A stretch of 64,000 nt of DNA from Escherichia phage tootiki. The translations under genes were made by a program, and so were the position numbers. The stretch lies in sequence record MN850647.1. The stretch is one strand, 5' to 3'. The notes beneath the pieces were generated by a model that was not told the DNA's origin, did no database searches, and was given only the letters and a program-made list of their open reading frames with translations. Positions 56,572 to 64,000 of this stretch are shown here, one piece after another; positions within the stretch are counted from its first letter, which is position 1; each line of letters begins with the position of its first letter.

Positions 56572-58806
56572 CTAAACACCACAACCCTCGCAATAAGCAT
56601 CTTGCAGTGCAGATTTACCTACACCAATGCGACTGTTAAGGTAGTACATGGTTTTCATACCTACCGAGTTGGCATAAATCATGTACTTCAGAGCTTGAGC
56701 CAATGATACCTTCTTAGACTTTGCATAGTCAACATAGAAGTCTGAAGAGATAGCTTGACCAGTGAACTTTTGAACAATTGCATAACAATCAATCATATCA
56801 AAGGTGTCAATATTCCAAGCAATTTCATAGACATACTTCAACTCTTCATAATCTGGAACAATAAACAGTACGTTACCAGTTGCAGACTTTTTAGTTAAAA
56901 TAAAGTCACGAATTGGGTACAAGCCGTTTGTCGTATTAGTTGCTAGTGAAGAACTCTCATTAGGCATGTAAGCTTCTAATACAGAGTTTCGGATTCCACC
57001 ATTTTCTTTGATACGTTGTGCTAAGTCATCCCAATCATATCGTAGTTTTGCATCATGCTTTTCATCAATCTTCTTGTTAGCTGTCTTTGGAGGAACCCAG
57101 CCTTCAGGATACTTAGTGAACTTCATGTACTCTGGAACACCACGCTCTTTAGCAAGTCTCAGAGAAGCTTCATGCAGATAGTAAGAGTGCATCTCTGCAA
57201 GTTCATGAAGTTTCGTTTTACCTGCTCGTGAAGAGTAGTTCACGTAGTTCTTCGCAAGGTAATGAGCCACATTTGTAAGGCCAATCCCAACAGAACGACG
57301 CTTCTGAACATGGTTACGCATCGACGGATACGGATAATCCATAAGGTCAATAACGGAGTCAACCATTGCAAGAGCATAATAAGCAACGTCAGCGTATTCA
57401 TCTTCTGAAATTCTCCCTGCAACCAAACTAGCTAGGAAGCAAAGAGCCACCTCACCATCCTCTTTCACAGCATCGTCTCTGTAAAGGTCTGTCTCTTTCT
57501 CAAAACCATACACTGGCAACACAATTTCCATACAAAGATTTGACATCTTCAATGGCTCTTTAAATGGTGTATGTGTGTTTGCATTGTTAGTGAAGAATGG
57601 ATACACACGACCTGTAGCATAACGCTGTTGAATAAACAGCTTAGCAATTTCACGAGCCTTTACTCGTCTGTGCTTAACTCCTGTATGTACTGCGTGACCA
57701 ACTGCCATAGCAAACTCATCAGCAGATGCTGTGTAGAACATGTCATAGAGTTTTGGTGCATCTTTGTAAGAGAATAGCAACCAATCTGTATCATACTGAA
57801 CACACTGCCAGAAATAATCGTTTGTGCCGAATGAGTAGTCCATCTCATTAATACGTTTAGAAGGAACCGTTGTAGGGTGCTTCAAACGCAGTAAATCTTC
57901 AATCTGCGGGTCTAGAGCAGTGTAGAAGTTATTAGCTGAACCACCACGACTCTTCTGTTTGTTTGCCTCTACAGATGAACGTACAAGCTTATAATAAGGC
58001 AGCTTACCCATGTGTTCAATAGTATTTTGACGGATGCCATCACCAATAGTGCGAGTCTCCATCAGCATCCCAATACCAGCTTGCTTTGTGGTCATGTCAT
58101 AGGCAACCTTTGCAGCAATACCTAGAGATTCAGCAGTATCATTCGCCTTAATCAAACAGCATGACGCATAACCTGATTTAGTAGCTCTTAAACCGTTTAA
58201 ATAAGGTGTGGGAGCATTAATCTTCAGGTCAGATAGATAAGTGTACAGCTTGATAACATCTTGCAGTCTACGGTGCTTTGGTTGCTTCTCAAAAGCTTTC
58301 ATAGCCATACCCATAAACATAAATTGTGGTGACTCAAAAAGTCTTCCCGTTTTAATATCACGGATACCATACTTGTCTCTGAACTGTTTCAAGACTGCAT
58401 AACCGTAAGAGATATCTTTTGAGTGTACGATGTAACCTTGCAGGTATTCAAGCTCTTCCTGTGAATAATCCATCTTCTCCCAAAGTCCTGCTCTCTCCAT
58501 ATTTCTAACGAAGGTAACCAGCGTAGGAACCTTAGTAAAGCCTCCAAAGGCTTCTTTGTAGATAATCCCCAGAAGTAGCCGTCCAGCCATGTCTGAGTAC
58601 TCTTGAGTTTGTTTATCAACACAAACATCAATCATGGCTTGGTGCATCTCTTTTGTAGTGCAACCTTCATAGACACGTTTCATAGCTTCCATAGTGACTT
58701 CTGACCAGATAATCCCACGCTTATCTGCCCATGATGCCCACTTATTCAGTCTTTCTGGGTCAAAGTTTACTACTGTACCGTTTGATTTTTTAATTGTCTT
58801 AATCAT
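56572..58806 (-). CDS. nrdA: ribonucleotide reductase class Ia large subunit
   Basis: 744 aa; N-terminal ATP-cone-like region, active site NLCMEI, C-terminal Cys pair CEGC. Confidence 0.85.
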   Translation of the reverse strand: MIKTIKKSNGTVVNFDPERLNKWASWADKRGIIWSEVTMEAMKRVYEGCTTKEMHQAMIDVCVDKQTQEYSDMAGRLLLGIIYKEAFGGFTKVPTLVTFVRNMERAGLWEKMDYSQEELEYLQGYIVHSKDISYGYAVLKQFRDKYGIRDIKTGRLFESPQFMFMGMAMKAFEKQPKHRRLQDVIKLYTYLSDLKINAPTPYLNGLRATKSGYASCCLIKANDTAESLGIAAKVAYDMTTKQAGIGMLMETRTIGDGIRQNTIEHMGKLPYYKLVRSSVEANKQKSRGGSANNFYTALDPQIEDLLRLKHPTTVPSKRINEMDYSFGTNDYFWQCVQYDTDWLLFSYKDAPKLYDMFYTASADEFAMAVGHAVHTGVKHRRVKAREIAKLFIQQRYATGRVYPFFTNNANTHTPFKEPLKMSNLCMEIVLPVYGFEKETDLYRDDAVKEDGEVALCFLASLVAGRISEDEYADVAYYALAMVDSVIDLMDYPYPSMRNHVQKRRSVGIGLTNVAHYLAKNYVNYSSRAGKTKLHELAEMHSYYLHEASLRLAKERGVPEYMKFTKYPEGWVPPKTANKKIDEKHDAKLRYDWDDLAQRIKENGGIRNSVLEAYMPNESSSLATNTTNGLYPIRDFILTKKSATGNVLFIVPDYEELKYVYEIAWNIDTFDMIDCYAIVQKFTGQAISSDFYVDYAKSKKVSLAQALKYMIYANSVGMKTMYYLNSRIGVGKSALQDAYCEGCGV

Positions 58807-58822
58807 TTTTGAATCCTACAGA

Positions 58823-58848
58823 TGAAAAGAGCCTCCGAAGAGGCTCCC
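58823..58848 (-). terminator. intrinsic terminator (GAGCCTC-TTCG-GAGGCTC)
   Basis: minus strand hairpin followed by TTTTC. Confidence 0.5.
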
Positions 58849-58852
58849 TAGT

Positions 58853-59188
58853 TTAAATCTTGAAAATTTGCTCATTCTGCCACATATCGTAAAACTTATC
58901 ACTTACTTTTGTGACTGAAGAAGTGTGCATACAATTCAGGAACCATGATGGTGTATTAGCATCCATAATTGTTTCAAGTTTTTGTGTAACGTTCACATCC
59001 ATGTCTGCAACAACGTAATTACCTCGCATCTTGCAAACAATTCTCCCAAACAAGATTGCACTTCTGCCTCTTCGGTCATCACAGTACATAACTGTGTCCC
59101 CGTGCTTAACATCTTGTCCGATACTATCAACACCTAACTTAGCACCTGAGATAATGTCATCATAAGATAGCTTTTTTGCTTTAGACAC
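58853..59188 (-). CDS. hypothetical protein
   Basis: 111 aa. Confidence 0.45.
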   Translation of the reverse strand: MSKAKKLSYDDIISGAKLGVDSIGQDVKHGDTVMYCDDRRGRSAILFGRIVCKMRGNYVVADMDVNVTQKLETIMDANTPSWFLNCMHTSSVTKVSDKFYDMWQNEQIFKI

Positions 59189-59504
59189 GGTATTTCTCCA
59201 AGTTTCTTTTTAGATATAACCAACCATAGTCAGTTCTTTCTACACCCATGAAGAGTGGAGCCATTACAACTTTACCAAAAGTATTTCTGTGTAGGCAGAT
59301 TTCAAAGGAATACTCTTTCTCAATATCAATCCCATATTTGTACAGGACTGCTTTTAAAACTTGTTCATTATCCAGAAGTGTATCTGGAGTCTCACCATAC
59401 TTCTCAAGTAACGGGTCATTCATAAACACCGTCATCGAAATATTGTAGTTTGAGAAGTGGCTCTTCTGAGCCACAACCTCTTTATTAATGTTCTGTGAAT
59501 CCAT
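59181..59504 (-). CDS. hypothetical protein
   Basis: about 107 aa. Confidence 0.4.
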   Translation of the reverse strand: MDSQNINKEVVAQKSHFSNYNISMTVFMNDPLLEKYGETPDTLLDNEQVLKAVLYKYGIDIEKEYSFEICLHRNTFGKVVMAPLFMGVERTDYGWLYLKRNLEKYRV

Positions 59505-60240
59505 TATAACCAACCCCTTTTAACCAGCACTTCAGGTTATTAGCATCATAATTCAGTTTCGGGTATGAGGTTACATGGAACTGCTCACCATCATAGTAGA
59601 CAATATCTGCAATCCATAGTCCGTTCTCTTTACAGAAGTCTTTATCTGCTTTAGAGGTAATTGGATTAACTTCTACAAAACCATCTACACCCAAATCCTT
59701 TAAGCTACCTACAATACCTTTGCAGATAACGCATGTCTCAGATACTACCACAAAAAGTTCTTGGCTTTCAAGCTCTACAATGTATTCACCAAGCTGTACT
59801 TTAGGGAGATTTGATTGCTTCATAATCTTCCCATCGGCTGCACGAACAATCGCATACCACTCTTTACCATCAACTACTGACATTCTGATAATACACTCTT
59901 GACCAGTACGCTTTTCAATGTCTGCAAGACGTTTTAAAGCTTCTTCATAGTTATCTGTGTACTTCAGGTCATTATTATGGCAAACAGCTTTCATAGCACC
60001 GTTATGGTCATGTTGTGACAGATAAATCAAACCGTCAAGAACATATTGCAAATCTGCCTGAGCATCCAGTGTCTCAATGGGGTCTTTCTCTTCAATTGCT
60101 TTTACAAGCTCTTTTGCTTCTTCAAGCATACACAGAGATTGAGATTTTAAAGATTCCCAATACTCATCACTGTAAGGTTGCTTTTGAGTGTTTCCACAAC
60201 GAAGGTTCCAGTTTTTTACTGATTCTCTTGAGTTAAACAT
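59485..60240 (-). CDS. MazG-like nucleotide pyrophosphohydrolase domain protein
   Basis: N-terminal EEAKELVKAIEE...DLQYVLDGL helical Glu-rich motif; C-terminal CVICKG. Confidence 0.4.
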   Translation of the reverse strand: MFNSRESVKNWNLRCGNTQKQPYSDEYWESLKSQSLCMLEEAKELVKAIEEKDPIETLDAQADLQYVLDGLIYLSQHDHNGAMKAVCHNNDLKYTDNYEEALKRLADIEKRTGQECIIRMSVVDGKEWYAIVRAADGKIMKQSNLPKVQLGEYIVELESQELFVVVSETCVICKGIVGSLKDLGVDGFVEVNPITSKADKDFCKENGLWIADIVYYDGEQFHVTSYPKLNYDANNLKCWLKGVGYNGFTEH

Positions 60241-60464
60241 TCGGACTCCTTAAAATATTTGTTAACCTTTAGCTCTCGTGTTTCAATATATTCTAGATGC
60301 TCACGTAGCTCTTGACGTTTAAGCATTAGGTGCTGCATTTGAGATTCAACAGCTTCAACCTCTTTAATTATTAACTCTCTGGCATTTGTAAGAACGCGCT
60401 CAAGTTCTTCAATCTTGCTGTCAACTTTTGCTACATGACTCACAGCTTTACTTTTGTTAAACAT
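60216..60464 (-). CDS. hypothetical coiled-coil protein
   Basis: 82 aa. Confidence 0.4.
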   Translation of the reverse strand: MFNKSKAVSHVAKVDSKIEELERVLTNARELIIKEVEAVESQMQHLMLKRQELREHLEYIETRELKVNKYFKESECLTQENQ

Positions 60465-60484
60465 TTATTCTCTCTCAATAGTTA

Positions 60485-60982
60485 TCAAGCACAATTTGCT
60501 TTCATGACCTTATGGATTCTTTTTTCAGCATCTTCATAAGTTTCTTTAGTGATAAACTTAATTGCTGCAATATTGGCATTGTAGAAGAGTCTGAGCTTAG
60601 AGTCAATCCTTTTTGTCATTACATCGAATTTATGTTGAAGGTTTGCTTCACCATAGACTAGGCCACCTTTTGTGTAGTAGGTCTGAATAATGTAAAAGTC
60701 AAAAAATTCTTTTCCAAAACTCTCAATATCTTTTTTAATATACTCAGAAGAAGTCTCATAAGTCATCCAATCACTTTCCTTAGTGACTATCTTCTTCCGA
60801 GTCTTCCCAGCAACTTTTCTTTTGGTCACACTGTTAAACTGTTTCTTTCCGATATAATACTGTCCAGTCTTCTTACAGTGTACTAAATAGACAAAGCCAA
60901 AATGTTTAGTGGGGTCAACTTCCCCACATAAAGATACCCAATGACCATAGGTAGGGCAATTACCAAAACCTTTAATCTTCAT
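60485..60982 (-). CDS. GIY-YIG domain protein (homing endonuclease-like)
   Basis: GFVYLVHCKKTGQYYIGKK matches GIY-N10-YIG spacing. Confidence 0.55.
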   Translation of the reverse strand: MKIKGFGNCPTYGHWVSLCGEVDPTKHFGFVYLVHCKKTGQYYIGKKQFNSVTKRKVAGKTRKKIVTKESDWMTYETSSEYIKKDIESFGKEFFDFYIIQTYYTKGGLVYGEANLQHKFDVMTKRIDSKLRLFYNANIAAIKFITKETYEDAEKRIHKVMKANCA

Positions 60983-62012
60983 TCATACACGGCTCCCAAT
61001 TATATTTCTTAAAAGAGAAATTATCTTTTGGATTTCTCTCTTGATATGCTATCCAGAAATGCTGTTCCATTAACTCTAACGGTGTCTTTGTAACAGTCTG
61101 TCCATCCCATGACACGTAGGTATAAGAGTCTTTTTTAGCATAGAGTTCATAGATAGCATCAAGACACTCTTTGTAAGTCTCTTTACCATCCAAAGCATTC
61201 ATCACAGCCACTTTACCAGCACCTTTTAGGCCGAAGTAGTTGTCTGCATTATCTCCAGCAACAGCCTGATAACACAAGAATTTAAAACCTACACCAACTG
61301 TTTTTGCAGCTTTTGGTTTTGATTTGATAGGACAATCCCAGATATCACCAACATTATTGTCAGCAATAAAGATTAGTGGTGATTTTTCATAAGTCATATC
61401 AATACAATAAGTCCCTTCAGCTTGTCGAAGGTCTTTGTCAATACTCATAAGAGCAGCTTTCTTACCCATCTTTTCAGCTTTAGCAATTACGATTGAATCG
61501 GCTTCGAAGCCTCCCCTTAAGAGTTTGAACTCTGGTCTTGACAGAAGATATTCACGACAAGCAACTAAGTGTGTTGGTGTGACAGCATCTTTACGGTTAC
61601 CTTGATATTGGTGCTCAAGACCTTTAATGTCTTTATGTTTATGCACACCTTTCTCTGTTAAGTAACCTACCCAAGTTCTCTCTTTACCAACAACCTTAAG
61701 CCATTCCTGAAGAACCTGTTGAGTAGCCATGATAGCTTCTTTTTCACTCTTAGCTTCTTTCCAAGTCTGTCTTTCCCATTCATCTTCATCAAATGTCAGG
61801 CCAAGTTCTTCCACAAGGATTCTCTGGTCTGCTAACCATCTTGCAGCATCTTTCGCATTATCAAATGGTTCAGATTCTTCTGCTGTGAGTTTATTGACAT
61901 ATTTATATTTTGCTTTCTCAACTACACAAGCACCTTTATAGGCAATACTGTCAGAGTCAATAAAAACATGTGTAACTGAATCGGGAAGTTTTGTTAATGT
62001 GTACTTCTCCAT
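60972..62012 (-). CDS. 5'-3' exonuclease / flap endonuclease
   Basis: N-terminal VFIDSDSIAYK and H3TH-like GDNADNYFGLKGAGKV. Confidence 0.7.
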   Translation of the reverse strand: MEKYTLTKLPDSVTHVFIDSDSIAYKGACVVEKAKYKYVNKLTAEESEPFDNAKDAARWLADQRILVEELGLTFDEDEWERQTWKEAKSEKEAIMATQQVLQEWLKVVGKERTWVGYLTEKGVHKHKDIKGLEHQYQGNRKDAVTPTHLVACREYLLSRPEFKLLRGGFEADSIVIAKAEKMGKKAALMSIDKDLRQAEGTYCIDMTYEKSPLIFIADNNVGDIWDCPIKSKPKAAKTVGVGFKFLCYQAVAGDNADNYFGLKGAGKVAVMNALDGKETYKECLDAIYELYAKKDSYTYVSWDGQTVTKTPLELMEQHFWIAYQERNPKDNFSFKKYNWEPCMNED

Positions 62013-62074
62013 TATGGCTCTCCATATGAAAAAGCCCCATACTAAGTACAGGGCTTTAAAGTAACTTTTAGAGA

Positions 62075-62932
62075 TTAGTCTTCTGTATCGAAGTCTTCAT
62101 CTTCTTCGTCATCTGGGTCTGGCAAATCTTCATCATCACCATCATCAGAAGCATTCGAAGGTTTATGGTCTGTTGCGTCTTCTTCAGTGATTTCACCGTT
62201 ATCTTCAACACCATCAAGACCAAGCATAGCCAGTTCATCTTCATCCAGTTCAGGCTCGCCATTAGCACCGTTACCACCAGTGTAAGGTACAAGAGTATCA
62301 ATGATAAACTGTTCCTGAATAGGTTTTGTCAGAACATTGTTCTCAAAAGTGTAGAAGTGAGTAGAAAGAATCACACTACCAAAAGAACCATTACCAACTG
62401 CGATATCTGGATGAATTACATCATAGTTCTTGTCATCTTCATGTTTATCAGATGCTTGAGCTTTGATTTTCTTCATCGGCTGCTTAACAGCTACACGCTT
62501 ACCATTTACTTCTTCAATCAGCATTACAGGGAATGACTGTTTAGCTGTCCATACAGCACCATCTTTATAAGCTGCTGCACGACTTACTTTCAAGATGTAG
62601 TAAGTGTCTGCTTCAAAAGGTGGTTTACAACCAAACTTCTCTTCGAAGTCATCTGCATCAACTGCTTCAGTAGTAACTTTATCCCAACCTTCTGGGTTCT
62701 TCTTAGACTTAGTAAACTCTTTAAAGAGTTTGTTACCGTCTTCTGCCAGAATTGATACGCTGTAGTTACAGTCTTTGCCTGGGAATTTCTTATCCATAGA
62801 CTTACCTTTCCCCGGACGTGGTGAAGTGTTCAGGTAATAAAACCAGACATCTTTCAGCAGGTAACGCAGAGTTTGACGTTCAGTACCGTTGTACTTCTCT
62901 ACCGGAGCTTTCATTTTAACAACTTTAGACAT
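62075..62932 (-). CDS. putative ssDNA-binding protein with acidic C-terminal tail
   Basis: 285 aa ending DDEEDEDFDTED; position in replication module. Confidence 0.35.
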   Translation of the reverse strand: MSKVVKMKAPVEKYNGTERQTLRYLLKDVWFYYLNTSPRPGKGKSMDKKFPGKDCNYSVSILAEDGNKLFKEFTKSKKNPEGWDKVTTEAVDADDFEEKFGCKPPFEADTYYILKVSRAAAYKDGAVWTAKQSFPVMLIEEVNGKRVAVKQPMKKIKAQASDKHEDDKNYDVIHPDIAVGNGSFGSVILSTHFYTFENNVLTKPIQEQFIIDTLVPYTGGNGANGEPELDEDELAMLGLDGVEDNGEITEEDATDHKPSNASDDGDDEDLPDPDDEEDEDFDTED

Positions 62933-63150
62933 TATTTAAACCTCTATCTCAATTTATGAAGAGTACCAATTCTAGTTTGTTGATACCCTATTGTCAAATA
63001 CTAATTACTGGAAATTGTGCTTATCTTTAGAAGCTGCTTTGCGTGCAGTTTTTCCAGTTCTTACACGTTTTTCTTCATAGTATTTTGCTGGTTTTCCAGC
63101 AGTGGCTTTTAAGGAATCCCCAAAAACTTTTTCAAATGCTTTAGAGTGTT

Positions 63151-63432
63151 TCATGATATTCTCCGATATACTTGATATTCAAACACATTTTCTTTAATTA
63201 TAAACAGCCAACTAATATTATGCTGAGGCAGCGCAATGATGACTGTAATCATGCTCTGGTGAAAATCTTCTTTTATCTCAACCTCTCCATCGCATTTCAT
63301 GAGGAGCATTCTATAGAATCTATCAATCTTTGTCAAACACTCTTCCTGAAATTTATTTAAACTTTTTTCTTCAAAGAAGGGTGTGAACCCCTCTCTTTTA
63401 TAACTATCACTCAGTTTCGAATGGGCAGTCAT
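63151..63432 (-). CDS. hypothetical protein
   Basis: about 93 aa. Confidence 0.4.
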   Translation of the reverse strand: MTAHSKLSDSYKREGFTPFFEEKSLNKFQEECLTKIDRFYRMLLMKCDGEVEIKEDFHQSMITVIIALPQHNISWLFIIKENVFEYQVYRRIS

Positions 63433-63982
63433 CTGCATCCTCACTTAATACAGGTGGAATCGTTGAGCTTTGGCGCTGCTCTTCAGTATAGACTTCACCA
63501 GTCTCACGGTCAAACACTTCATCCTCATAATGTGGCAAAGAGTCATCGTAATGGTCTTCAGCTTCACCAATACCAAACTGTTGGCGAATATTTTCTGCTG
63601 CACCATCAATGTCAACTCCGCAACCAGATGCTTTGATGAGGCGTCCTGTATCTGGATTGTACCAAGTATGACCAGCAATACCCGTTGACTTACCGTGACG
63701 ACGACATTTAGTTAGCTTGATTTTTGTCAAGTTTTTCTTAACAGGGTCTGGGTCAACCTTGTTACGCATTAACAGAATGTTGTTCATAGAAATCTGGAAA
63801 TACGCACCAGAGCCTTTAATATCCTCTTCAGAGATATCCCCACCTTCAGAGTTAGCCTTCTGACCACCTGCACTCTTACGAACGTGACAGACGTTCACTT
63901 GTGCATACTGGTAGCGTTTGCAACGACGCAATAGCTCAGACAAAACTTCCTCTTCATCCGTATCTGAACGTGACAGAGCCAA
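63407..63982 (-). CDS. hypothetical protein (may extend beyond window end)
   Basis: 191 aa to the first Met; no stop before window edge. Confidence 0.4.
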   Translation of the reverse strand: MALSRSDTDEEEVLSELLRRCKRYQYAQVNVCHVRKSAGGQKANSEGGDISEEDIKGSGAYFQISMNNILLMRNKVDPDPVKKNLTKIKLTKCRRHGKSTGIAGHTWYNPDTGRLIKASGCGVDIDGAAENIRQQFGIGEAEDHYDDSLPHYEDEVFDRETGEVYTEEQRQSSTIPPVLSEDADDCPFETE

Positions 63983-64000
63983 CGTAATAGGGTCAAGAAT

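Overview
This window reads as part of a large virulent, myovirus-like phage genome; nothing here looks cellular. All calls are by eye from the sequence and ORF track, with no searches run, so products rest on motifs, gene order and size. Minus strand 30-14537: tail and head morphogenesis plus packaging (tape measure, G/GT chaperone pair with a -1 slippery site, tube, sheath, major capsid, decoration, S49-type prohead protease, portal, large terminase). Minus strand 14760-19953: an array of about 26 tRNA or tRNA-like genes interrupted by an HNH endonuclease, a membrane protein and repeated structured spacer modules, driven by a sigma70-like promoter near 20000. 20119-21987: a vWA/MIDAS protein and a small protein with a GNPSGRPKG motif. 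Plus strand 22237-29192: an island of uncharacterised genes containing a GH24 endolysin and an Ig-repeat protein. 29233-30767: a 1.5 kb non-coding, iteron-rich region between convergent gene blocks. Minus strand 30830-36334: thirteen small genes, eleven of them behind repeated promoter/hairpin/RBS cassettes. Minus strand 36843-63982: macro-domain protein, ParB-like protein, Dam methylase, HAD phosphatase, transglycosylase, rIIA/rIIB-like pair, NadV plus Prs (NAD salvage), NrdD/NrdG, glutaredoxin, NrdB/NrdA, GIY-YIG protein, flap endonuclease. The gene content resembles Felix-O1-type phages, but that is inference. The most interesting candidates are the iteron region, the promoter cassettes, a possible Ro60-like protein with Y-RNA-like spacer RNAs, and the NAD-salvage plus macro-domain genes. 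tRNA anticodons and ends were folded by hand and need tRNAscan-SE/ARAGORN confirmation.
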